From Candidatus Pacebacteria bacterium CG10_big_fil_rev_8_21_14_0_10_56_10 (GTDB lineage Bacteria; Patescibacteriota; Microgenomatia; UBA1400; PJMF01), in the NCBI GenBank assembly GCA_002772645.1, contig PFDK01000009.1, forward strand, positions 1 to 52,671: DNA of 52,671 bases, in the 5' to 3' direction. The position numbers and the translations under genes were made by a program. The first letter of the stretch is position 1. Each line of letters starts with the position of its first letter. Below the pieces are notes generated by a model. It saw only the letters and a list, made by a program, of their open reading frames with translations. It searched no databases and was not told the origin of the DNA. Below, in pieces: positions 36,298 through 44,830 of the stretch.

Positions 36298-36584
36298 CCC
36301 GACTTTCGCGAATTAGTAACCACTTAATTTGCTGACTAGCCCCTAGGGAGTAATTTCTTTTGGGGGTGTTTTTTTGGCGCGCATTTTCAGTGTGTCATTA
36401 GTGGGCCATTAGTGGGCCAAAAGTGGGCCGTTTTGGCCCACTCGCTAAAGTGAGTTTTTTAGATATGCTAAGAAAATATCGCCAATGCCCCAATGCCAAC
36501 TAAAAAAACATCTTTAGTGACCATACTTGGTTTGCCCTTAGCCTGGAAAGAAACACAAAAATCAAAAAGCGCGAAAGTCAGGTG
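36298..36584 (-). mobile_element. GGCCCAC-iteron MITE-like element, copy 6 (complete, 287 bp; extra ~50-bp internal segment)
   Basis: CCCGACTTTCGCG at 36298-36310 and GCGAAAGTCAGG at 36573-36584; its terminal TCA supplies the stop codon of the adjacent minus-strand gene. Confidence 0.9.
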
Positions 36585-37192
36585 CCCGGCAGCCAGCCCG
36601 GCTTGGCCCTCAGCTTAGCCGCCCACTTGACCAGTCGGGTCGTCAGCCTGGTTTGGAGCTGGACTTTAAACAGCGAAGTTATCAGCAGCGCGTCCAGGCC
36701 GTGCTCGAACACGGTGAACTGGCGGCCAAAGTGGTTCGGGTCCCAGTAGCTGACCGGACTGGCGAACCTCCAGCTCCAGTTGAGCGGCCACAGCAGCAAC
36801 GGCCCGTCGTTGTGGTGGGTAACGATGTCAACGCCAGTGTGGACCAGCGAGCCGATCACTACCCACTTGAGAAGCCGGCGCGCTTTAGCGGGCAGAGGCA
36901 GCAGGTAAACGGCCGTCAGCTGCAGAGCCAAACTGAGCGGCGAGTGGAACAGGTTGTGACCGGTAATGAACAGCGGGTTGGTAAAAAAGGCATCGAAAAA
37001 CAAATACTGGAACGTGTCCGCTAGACTGCCCTGACCGGTTAGCCAAAACCAGCCAAAGGTGGCGCCGCTCAAGACCACCAGGGGAATGTCAGGCAGTACC
37101 GCCCCGATCAGGAAGCCGCGGCCGGCCAACCCGGCCAGGCCCCAGTCCCGGGCCAGCTTGGTTTGGATCAAGGCGTGGGAGTAAGTAATCAC
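36578..37192 (-). CDS. His-rich polytopic membrane protein (membrane-bound metal-dependent hydrolase-like)
   Basis: Hydrophobic helices; GHNLFHS and VHTGVDIVTHHNDGP. Confidence 0.35.
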   Translation of the reverse strand: MITYSHALIQTKLARDWGLAGLAGRGFLIGAVLPDIPLVVLSGATFGWFWLTGQGSLADTFQYLFFDAFFTNPLFITGHNLFHSPLSLALQLTAVYLLPLPAKARRLLKWVVIGSLVHTGVDIVTHHNDGPLLLWPLNWSWRFASPVSYWDPNHFGRQFTVFEHGLDALLITSLFKVQLQTRLTTRLVKWAAKLRAKPGWLPGT

Positions 37193-37297
37193 CAGACTAC
37201 ACTATAACATTCTGGCGACGCTGCTACCGTCGGCTAGCCACCGTAGGTTTGTTTTGATACTATCAACTCTTACCAGTCTGACAACTCTCTCCAGCGT

Positions 37298-37921
37298 ATG
37301 GCAAAACTACCCAGAGCAGTTCGGCAATTGACCGAAAAATTTGAGCGCTTGCCCGGCATCGGGCCCAAGTCAGCCCAGCGGCTGGTGTTCTACTTGCTGC
37401 ACAATCCCGAGGCCGAGCTGGACGACTTCGCCCGCAAGCTCCGGGCCCTCAAGAGGGAAACGGTGTTGTGCAGCGTCACTCACAACATCAGCGAGCAGGA
37501 CCCCGACCCGCTGTACGCTGATCCTAACCGTGACCGCCGGCTGCTGTGCGTAGTCGAGACGCCGCTCGATCTGGTGGCGATCGAGGGTTCGGGCAAGTAC
37601 CCCGGTCTGTACCACGTCCTTCACGGCGCCATCTCGCCGCTGAACAACATTGGGCCCGACCAGCTGTACTTGTATGACTTGCTCGACCGGCTGGAGGGAG
37701 TGGAGGAGCTGATCCTGGCTACTAACCCCACTATGGAAGGGGAGGCGACGGCACTGTTCATCAAAGAACTGATAGATACCAAACGCCAAAATGGTCAAGC
37801 CGGCATCGCCGATGACTTAAAAATGACTCGGATTGGTCACGGACTGCCGATCGGCGCCGACATCGAGTACGCTGACGGGGTGACGCTAGCCCGGGCGCTG
37901 GAGGGACGGACGAGCTTGTAG
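37298..37921 (+). CDS. recR: Recombination protein RecR (zinc-finger cysteines mostly absent)
   Basis: LPGIGPKSAQRLVFYLL HhH; Toprim LCVVETPLDLVAIE. Confidence 0.85.
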   Translation: MAKLPRAVRQLTEKFERLPGIGPKSAQRLVFYLLHNPEAELDDFARKLRALKRETVLCSVTHNISEQDPDPLYADPNRDRRLLCVVETPLDLVAIEGSGKYPGLYHVLHGAISPLNNIGPDQLYLYDLLDRLEGVEELILATNPTMEGEATALFIKELIDTKRQNGQAGIADDLKMTRIGHGLPIGADIEYADGVTLARALEGRTSL

Positions 37922-38218
37922 TTAGTCAAGTGTATAGGGCCGCATACAGTAGAAAGTGCGGGTACCGCTTAAAATAACCGCACCCGACTTGACAGTGTCT
38001 AGTAGCGCTTGCATTTTCTCGTCAACTGTTCCGCCGTATGTATTTCCGGCGTACGAACCAAACACGCCAAACACATAATTGTGTTGTGAGCCAGTAATCA
38101 CGACTCTTGGCCACTCCTCGCCAAGAGCTCCAGATGTATTGTACGTTACGACCCTGAGATCTGGAGCAGAACCAGAAGTCGGCAAGAAGCTAGTAGACTT
38201 GTCGCGCCAAAAACCCAT
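37922..38218 (-). CDS. Hypothetical small protein, possibly the 3' part of a frameshifted secreted/anchored protein
   Basis: AT-richer 98-aa ORF; an upstream overlapping frame encodes a signal-anchor-like helix. Confidence 0.35.
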   Translation of the reverse strand: MGFWRDKSTSFLPTSGSAPDLRVVTYNTSGALGEEWPRVVITGSQHNYVFGVFGSYAGNTYGGTVDEKMQALLDTVKSGAVILSGTRTFYCMRPYTLD

Positions 38219-38281
38219 ACGAACACGAACGCAGCCAGTATTGTCCCAGCCAAGGTTTTCCAGTAGTATACGGACAGATTG

Positions 38282-38608
38282 ATGCGGATCATCGTCCAGT
38301 CAAAAACAGTTCGTGTCACCCAGGCCCTGCGGGCGTTTGTCCGCAAGCAGGCCCTTAAAATGCTCAAGCACCAGCGCGTCATCGGTGTGCGAGTGTACCT
38401 AGAGACGGTAGCCAAGCGGTCCAACGATCCGCAAGGCACAACCGTTAAGTATCAGGTGGAGGTGCCGGGCAAAGACATCGTGGTTAAGCGGCAGGCCGCC
38501 GATCTTTACCAGGCGATTGCCTCGGCTACCAGGCGCGCCCTGCGCCAGGTCCGCAAAGCCAAGGAGAAGCGGATCACTACCGGCCGCCGCACCGATAACC
38601 GGCGATAG
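38282..38608 (+). CDS. hpf: Ribosome hibernation-promoting factor (short HPF/RaiA family)
   Basis: IIVQSKTVRVTQALRAFVRKQ..VEVPGKDIVVKRQAADLYQAIASATRRALRQVRK. Confidence 0.75.
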   Translation: MRIIVQSKTVRVTQALRAFVRKQALKMLKHQRVIGVRVYLETVAKRSNDPQGTTVKYQVEVPGKDIVVKRQAADLYQAIASATRRALRQVRKAKEKRITTGRRTDNRR

Positions 38609-38642
38609 TTGCAGGTCTTGAAGGAAAGGCCGAAAGGTTAAT

Positions 38643-39065
38643 ATGGCAATTCAGCGATCAGCCAGCGATCCGCTTGAAGTGCTGGGCAAGCTAATGAAAG
38701 AAAATCCTAATGGCGATGGCTCCGGAGAGCAACCGCCTCCAGATTTAAGCGATCAAGGGCATCTGCTGGGGGACAGGCGTGAAGATGGGCAGGACTCGGC
38801 ACAGTTTGTCGAGGACAGTTCTAGTGCCGATCCAGAGAAGGACCGGCAAATTGATGAAATCCGCCAGGCCGTCAATGCTACTGGCAATCATAGCGTCAAG
38901 GCTTCTCAAACTCCCTCAGGCGAATCGTCTCAACAAGTGAAGGAAGCCGCGCCACCGGTGCCCCAGCTGATCTGGACTAAACTTCCCGAACAAACTGACA
39001 ACCCCGCCACCGCCAACTTCGGCCCTGACTCCCACCCCAACCAAAACCCGCCCAAAAACTCGTAA
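38643..39065 (+). CDS. Hypothetical disordered acidic/Pro-rich protein
   Basis: ORF only; low complexity. Confidence 0.35.
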   Translation: MAIQRSASDPLEVLGKLMKENPNGDGSGEQPPPDLSDQGHLLGDRREDGQDSAQFVEDSSSADPEKDRQIDEIRQAVNATGNHSVKASQTPSGESSQQVKEAAPPVPQLIWTKLPEQTDNPATANFGPDSHPNQNPPKNS

Positions 39066-39077
39066 CCGCCTCAGCCG

Positions 39078-39707
39078 ATGCCCAGTCCCAAACCAGCTGC
39101 CCCTCGCGCCCGTCCCGGCGGTGGCCTCAACTCCCACGCCGGTGCCGCCCCCCATGAACACCTCGATGAAGCGGCCCTGCGGGAGGCAGTCAACCACAAA
39201 CAGCACCAACAGCAATCTAGCGCTTCCACGCCTGGCCAGACCGCCAAGTCCCAGCAGGACAGCCATCAGCAGTCAAGTTCTAGGCCTCACCAGCCCCGGT
39301 CGGTGGGCACTCTCCGCCAAGAGTTAGTGGGGCGGCCACTGGCAGACATCGGCCGCGATCTTAAGTCACTGATCGACATCAACACCTTGCTGGGCATCAG
39401 CTACCAAGACCCGCGATTACAGGCCAAACAGCACCAGCTCCACCAGCGTTGGCAGCAACTTACCCAGGACGAGCAAGACTACTCTCGGCGTCTCTACCAG
39501 CAGAAGGTAGAACGCCAGCGCCAGGACGAACAGCGGCAAGAGGAAAAAGAACAGGCCGAACAGGCTGATGCCCAACAACCGGTGGTGGCGCCTAGCTCCC
39601 AGCCTAAGGGCCCGGTAGGACTGATCGGCTTGTCGCGCCGCGAACAGGCGACCACCAGAATTGCGCAGCAGCGCCAAACTTTGGGCGGGCTGCGGGGGAG
39701 CAGTTAG
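39078..39707 (+). CDS. Hypothetical Gln-rich coiled-coil protein
   Basis: ORF only; Q/E/R-rich. Confidence 0.35.
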   Translation: MPSPKPAAPRARPGGGLNSHAGAAPHEHLDEAALREAVNHKQHQQQSSASTPGQTAKSQQDSHQQSSSRPHQPRSVGTLRQELVGRPLADIGRDLKSLIDINTLLGISYQDPRLQAKQHQLHQRWQQLTQDEQDYSRRLYQQKVERQRQDEQRQEEKEQAEQADAQQPVVAPSSQPKGPVGLIGLSRREQATTRIAQQRQTLGGLRGSS

Positions 39708-39783
39708 CGCTAGTTTTTAGAACTTAGGGTAAAGCCGATCTCCTCAGCGCGAATCTCCTCAGCGCGATGTTACAATGGCCGGC

Positions 39784-41427
39784 ATGCGGCTCTACAGTAC
39801 TCTCACCCGCCAACTCGAGGAAGTTGAACCGCTGCCGCGCCATCGACAGCCTCAGCCAGCTGACCAGCCCGATCAGTCACTCCATCACCAGACGGACAGT
39901 CCGCCGCCCCCGCCGCCGGCAAATGACCGCCCCCCCGGCCGGCGCGGGACAATCGGTCTCTACGCCTGCGGCCCAACCGTCTACGACTACACTCACCTTG
40001 GCCACTTGCGCAAGTACACCCTGGACGACGTGCTGGTCCGCACTCTGCGCCACGCTGGCTTCGACGTCAAGTTTGTCCAGAACGTCACCGACGTTGGCCA
40101 CCTGACCTCGGACGCCGACAGCGGCGAGGACAAGCTCGAGACCGGCGCTAAGAAGTACGGCCGGACGCCAGAAGAGATCGCCCGCCAGTTCGAGGATTTC
40201 TTTTTTTACTCGATGGACTTGATGGGCAACCTGCGGCCAGATATCAGCTGCCGAGCTACAGAGCACATCGCCGCCCAGCTGGAGCTGGTCAAGACTCTCG
40301 AGAAAAAAGGCTTCACCTACATTATTGAAGGCGACGGTGTCTACTTCGACACCAGCCGGCTCGACGACTACGGCCGGCTGGCCCGGCTGCGGCTCGACCA
40401 GCTTCAGGCAGGCGCCCGCGTTGAGCAGGTCAAGGGCAAACGCCAGCCCAGTGATTTCGCGCTGTGGAAGTTTGAACGGCCGGGGGAGAACCGGGCCATG
40501 GTGTGGCCCAGTCCCTGGGCGGAGCGCGGTTTTCCGGGCTGGCACATCGAGTGCAGTGCCATGAGCATGTGCTACCTCGGCGACCAGTTCGAGATTCACA
40601 CCGGCGGCATCGACCATATCCCGGTCCACCACGTCAACGAGATCGCTCAGTCTGAGGCGGCTACCGGCGCCCAGCCGTTTGTCCGGATCTGGGTCCATCA
40701 CAATTTTTTGCTGGTTGAGTCCGAGAAAATGAGCAAGTCGCTGGGCAACTTCTTAACGATCGACAGTATTCTGGAGCGCGGCTTCGCGCCCCAGGCCCTG
40801 CGGCTGTTATTTTTGTCGGGCCATTACCGCTCGGAGCTCAACTTTACTTGGCAAGCACTTGAGGCCAGTAGCACTGCTTGGCGACGGCTGGTGGCTGTGC
40901 TGGCTGAGCTCGAGAACGGGCAGGAGTTTAATGGCGATAGTGATAGTGATGGCGAAGGTGATGTCGAAGGTGCCGGCCAACAGAGTCAGGCTCACGCCCA
41001 AGCGAAACGGCAACAATTTTGGCAGTTTCTGGAGGACGACCTGAAAACGCCGGAAGCGATGGCGGTGATGTGGGAAGTGCTCAAGGATGACCAACTGACG
41101 GACCGGCAGAAACTGGGATTGCTGTTTGATTTCGACCAGGCTTTGGGCCTGCGGCTGCGCCAGGCACGGGCCGAAGCGCTTCGTCAAGGTGAGAAGCGGC
41201 CGGACCAAGGTTTAGGCGGCCGGCTAAGCACGGCCGACCTGCCCGATGAGGTGATCGCGCTACTGGAAAAGCGGGCGACAGCTCGGGCCGAGCAAGACTG
41301 GGCCACCGGCGACCAGCTCCGCGACCAGCTGGCAGACCAGGGTTACCGGATTATCGACGAGCCTGACGGCAGCCAACGGCTGGTCCAGTCGGCTGAAGGT
41401 GCTCAGTCTCAACCTTCCCAACGCTGA
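39784..41427 (+). CDS. cysS: Cysteine--tRNA ligase
   Basis: CGPTVYDYTHLGH (HIGH) and KMSKSLGN motifs. Confidence 0.9.
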   Translation: MRLYSTLTRQLEEVEPLPRHRQPQPADQPDQSLHHQTDSPPPPPPANDRPPGRRGTIGLYACGPTVYDYTHLGHLRKYTLDDVLVRTLRHAGFDVKFVQNVTDVGHLTSDADSGEDKLETGAKKYGRTPEEIARQFEDFFFYSMDLMGNLRPDISCRATEHIAAQLELVKTLEKKGFTYIIEGDGVYFDTSRLDDYGRLARLRLDQLQAGARVEQVKGKRQPSDFALWKFERPGENRAMVWPSPWAERGFPGWHIECSAMSMCYLGDQFEIHTGGIDHIPVHHVNEIAQSEAATGAQPFVRIWVHHNFLLVESEKMSKSLGNFLTIDSILERGFAPQALRLLFLSGHYRSELNFTWQALEASSTAWRRLVAVLAELENGQEFNGDSDSDGEGDVEGAGQQSQAHAQAKRQQFWQFLEDDLKTPEAMAVMWEVLKDDQLTDRQKLGLLFDFDQALGLRLRQARAEALRQGEKRPDQGLGGRLSTADLPDEVIALLEKRATARAEQDWATGDQLRDQLADQGYRIIDEPDGSQRLVQSAEGAQSQPSQR

Positions 41428-42062
41428 CCCGCCGAGCAGTACTCTTGTTCGGTGACGATCAGGTGATCGAGCAGGCAGACCCCGAGCAGTTCGCCGGCGG
41501 CTTGGAGCGTCTTGGTGACCTGCAGGTCGGCTGGGCTGGGCTGGGGATCGCCTGAAGGGTGGTTGTGGGCAACGATCACCGCCGCGCAGGGAAGCTGAAG
41601 GGCAGGGGCGAAGACGTCGCGGGGCTGAAAGCTGGAGCTGTGGACACCGCCGATGCTGATCGTCTCTTGCTTGAGGACTTGGTGACGGGCGTTTAAGTAA
41701 AAGCCCAGCACGTACTCGCGGTGTTTGGTCCTGATCGATTGGCAGGCGGCAAAGACGTCGGCTGGTTGGTGGAGGACCAGGGTGGGCGGCGGCGCGAAGC
41801 ACCGCCGCCCCACTTCCATCGCCGCCAGCAGTAAAGTTGTCTTGGCCGGCCCCAGGCCGGCCACGCTCTCCAGCCGCTGCCAAGACCAGCCAGGCAGTTC
41901 GTTTAACTTTCCCTGGCTGAGCAGCTGACGGACGATCTGCTTGACCGGCCGACCTTGAGTACCTGAGACCAGCAGCGCCTGCAGCAGCTCGGCATCGCTC
42001 AGGTTTCCCGGCCCCAGCCGCCGCATTTTTTCCCGGGGCCGTTGGTGTGAGACGCTCAACAT
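41409..42062 (-). CDS. radC: RadC-family JAMM-domain protein
   Basis: HNHPSGDPQPSPAD. Confidence 0.85.
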   Translation of the reverse strand: MLSVSHQRPREKMRRLGPGNLSDAELLQALLVSGTQGRPVKQIVRQLLSQGKLNELPGWSWQRLESVAGLGPAKTTLLLAAMEVGRRCFAPPPTLVLHQPADVFAACQSIRTKHREYVLGFYLNARHQVLKQETISIGGVHSSSFQPRDVFAPALQLPCAAVIVAHNHPSGDPQPSPADLQVTKTLQAAGELLGVCLLDHLIVTEQEYCSAGQRWEG

Positions 42063-42286
42063 CCATCCCCAACTCTACTCGGGCAACCTTGAATCTAGCT
42101 TGCGCGCGCTTTGCCTAAGGGCTCGCCGTCTGCCCACCACCAGCCCACCACCGGCTTGCCACCTGCCCACCACCAGCCCGCCGCCGCTCGGCCATCTGCT
42201 ATACTGCTGCTACCTTAAGCTTAGTTGCTTTTTACTCGATACTTAACAGCGGCCTGACGGGGTCGGTCTGTCGGCTTGAGGTTGGT

Positions 42287-43579
42287 ATGCGTGTCTCGGT
42301 CATCGCCCTACTCCAACTTGCCACTATCGCCACCGTTACCTCGGCCCTGGCCATGACCGTACAAACTGTCTTCGCCCCGCCTCTGGCGTCAGCCCAGGCA
42401 GCTGCTCCTACTCCCACTGACGAGCTGGCAGTACCGCAAGTCATCGAGGGACCGCACTTTTTCAATGGCCAGAATGTCATCATCACCGACACCCTGGAAG
42501 GCGATGTCTACGCGGTTGGCGGTACCGTTCAGCTGGAGGGCACCATCATCGGCAGTTTGCTAACGGCTGGCGGTCAGGTCACCATCAACGGCGAGGTTAC
42601 CGACGACGTCCGGGCGGCCGGCGGCCAAGTCAGCTTCAACGGCGCCGTGGGCGACAACGTCACCGTGCTGGGCGGTACTGTTACTTTTGGCCCCGAGAGC
42701 GCGGTTGGCGGTAGCGTGGTGGCCGGTGGCAGCAGCGTCTCGATGAGCGGCGAAGTTTTGGGCAACACCCTGATTGGCGGCGGTACCACTCGGTTGGCCG
42801 GCACCTTTGCTCAGAATGTCCGCTTGGGCTCAGACACTGTCGAGATTTTGCCCGGCGCGCTGATCGGCGGCTCGATCGGCGGAGAGGTGGGTACTCAACT
42901 TGAGATCGCCCCCCAAGCCACCGTGGCCGGCCAGCGCCAGGTCCGCGTCCACCAGCTCCAGCAAAGAGCCGACCAGACCCGCCGCCAAGCCCAGCGACTG
43001 TTCCAGACTGGCCAAGCGGCTTGGTTCCTGGTGACGCTGGTCATGTCACTGCTGGGCGGCAGCTTTTTACTCTACCTGTTTGATCGCCAAGCCGAACGCG
43101 TTACCCAACTGGCCGCCGCCGCGCCGGTAGCGGCTTTGGGCTGGGGCGCGGTTCAGTTGATCGTCACCCCGATCCTGGCCTTGCTGCTGCTGATCACGAT
43201 CTTTGCCGCCCCGTTGGCCGGCTTGATCCTGCTGTCGTACCTGATCTCGGTGATCATCGCCGGCTGGGTAGGGGCCTATGTGGTCGGTCACCGGCTGTGC
43301 CAACAGCTAGGTGGAACTCTCCGTCACCACCGGTACCTCCAACTGGTGTTGGGGGTGTTGGCTGTCAAACTGCTGGGACTGGTACCACTGCTGGGTTGGG
43401 TAGTCAGGTTTTTGGTGTTCATGGTGGGACTGGGCTTGGTGGTGATGGTTGCTCGCGACGTCACCCGCCAGTCGTCAGCCTACCCGTTGGCTACTCCGTC
43501 AGACGGCACCAGCCGGCACCAGCCGAACGGCAGTCACCGCCCCAAATCATCGGGTGCTAAGCGCCGGCCCCGTCTCTAG
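42287..43579 (+). CDS. Membrane protein with signal peptide, bactofilin-like beta-helical repeats and C-terminal TM helices
   Basis: Repeated G-x-V/I units (GGTVQLEGTIIG, GGQVTINGEV, GGQVSFNGAV..) then 4 hydrophobic helices. Confidence 0.45.
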   Translation: MRVSVIALLQLATIATVTSALAMTVQTVFAPPLASAQAAAPTPTDELAVPQVIEGPHFFNGQNVIITDTLEGDVYAVGGTVQLEGTIIGSLLTAGGQVTINGEVTDDVRAAGGQVSFNGAVGDNVTVLGGTVTFGPESAVGGSVVAGGSSVSMSGEVLGNTLIGGGTTRLAGTFAQNVRLGSDTVEILPGALIGGSIGGEVGTQLEIAPQATVAGQRQVRVHQLQQRADQTRRQAQRLFQTGQAAWFLVTLVMSLLGGSFLLYLFDRQAERVTQLAAAAPVAALGWGAVQLIVTPILALLLLITIFAAPLAGLILLSYLISVIIAGWVGAYVVGHRLCQQLGGTLRHHRYLQLVLGVLAVKLLGLVPLLGWVVRFLVFMVGLGLVVMVARDVTRQSSAYPLATPSDGTSRHQPNGSHRPKSSGAKRRPRL

Positions 43580-43718
43580 TAATCTCTACTCAAATACCTC
43601 AAAAGATTGCTGGTAGCGGATCGGCAAAAACTGGATACAAAATATGATCAATTCGCCAGCCGATCGCCAGCCGAGGGCGTTTTTCCCCGTCTCACATCGA
43701 TTTACACAAAATCTCATA

Positions 43719-43735
43719 GTTCACAATTTGTGAAC
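43719..43735. promoter_or_regulatory. 17-bp palindrome GTTCACAATTTGTGAAC (candidate operator) in a 290-bp AT-rich intergenic region
   Basis: Perfect 8-bp arms around a single central base. Confidence 0.3.
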
Positions 43736-43870
43736 AACTTCAAACAACATCAAACCAGGCTACCTAGGCAAGGAGTACTTGAGTAAACCTAGGTAATGCT
43801 TAAGCAATGCCTAGGCAACTATTTTTCTATCCTAGAGTAATTTTACTTAGGTCGAAATACGGCTTGTGCT

Positions 43871-44503
43871 ATGATAAAAACTCCGCACATGAGCTCTCCC
43901 ATTTTTTCGCACTTTCGCCGCCGCGATCGGCTAATTTACCAGGTCCTGACCGCGATGGATGACTTCAACCCGCTCGCGCCAACACACCCCCCAGAGGAGT
44001 ACTTTAGTGAATTGAGTAGCTCGATTGTTGGCCAGCAGCTGTCGACTACCGCTGCCCATACAATTTACACCCGGCTGGTTAAGTTACTGGCAGGCGATGT
44101 GACTGCCGCCCGGCTGCTAGCTGCCGACGACCAAGCCATGCGCGACTGCGGTCTGTCGTGGGCCAAGGTTCGCTCCGTCAAGGACTTGGCGGCCAAGGTG
44201 GCCAACCACCAGCTCAAGCTTAACCGGCTGACCACCATGAGCGATGCTCAAGTCATCGCCGAGCTGACCAAAGTCAAAGGTATCGGCCAGTGGACAGCCG
44301 AGATGTTCCTGATATTCGCGCTGGGGAGGGAAGACATTTTTTCTCACGGCGATCTGGGACTGCGGCGGGCTATGGAGGGCTTGTACGGGTTGGGGCAGCT
44401 GCCGTCGCCTGCCCAAGCCGACCAGATCTCAACCAAGTGGCGGCCGTACCGCAGCTACGGCTGCCTGGCGCTGTGGCACACCCTGGACAACGCGCCGATT
44501 TAA
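43871..44503 (+). CDS. alkA: HhH-GPD DNA glycosylase (AlkA-type 3-methyladenine glycosylase II)
   Basis: GIGQWTAEMFLIFALGREDIFSHGDLGLRRAM; C-terminal WRPYRSYGCLALW. Confidence 0.75.
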   Translation: MIKTPHMSSPIFSHFRRRDRLIYQVLTAMDDFNPLAPTHPPEEYFSELSSSIVGQQLSTTAAHTIYTRLVKLLAGDVTAARLLAADDQAMRDCGLSWAKVRSVKDLAAKVANHQLKLNRLTTMSDAQVIAELTKVKGIGQWTAEMFLIFALGREDIFSHGDLGLRRAMEGLYGLGQLPSPAQADQISTKWRPYRSYGCLALWHTLDNAPI

Positions 44504-44506
44504 AGT

Positions 44507-44735
44507 CTGACTTTCGCGCTTTTTGATTTTTTTCGTTTCTTTCCAGTTGGCATTTTTTCTTGGCATATCTAAAAAAAACTTAAAGCGCGTGGGCCAAAAC
44601 GGCCCACTTTTGACACACTAACGGCCCACTAATGGCCCACGGAAAATGTGCGCCAAAAAAACACCCCAAAGAAATTATTCCCTAGGGGAGGGGACAGTCA
44701 GCAAACTAAGTGGTTGCTAATTCGCAAAAGTCTGG
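44507..44735 (+). mobile_element. GGCCCAC-iteron MITE-like element, copy 7 (complete, 229 bp)
   Basis: CTGACTTTCGCG .. GCAAAAGTCTGG termini; all modules present; begins 3 bp after the alkA-like stop. Confidence 0.9.
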
Positions 44736-44830
44736 CGACCAGATCTCAACCAAGTGGCGGCCGTACCGCAGCTACGGCTGCCTGACTCACGTTCAGGTCC
44801 TGCCGGTGAAGTGCGGTATGATAGCCGCAG

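Noticed and set aside
42120-42185. CTGCCCACCACCAGCCC direct repeats upstream of the bactofilin-like gene, as another element or regulatory repeat
   Set aside because: It is a short GC-rich low-complexity repeat unrelated to the iteron element, and I could attach no supporting feature to it.
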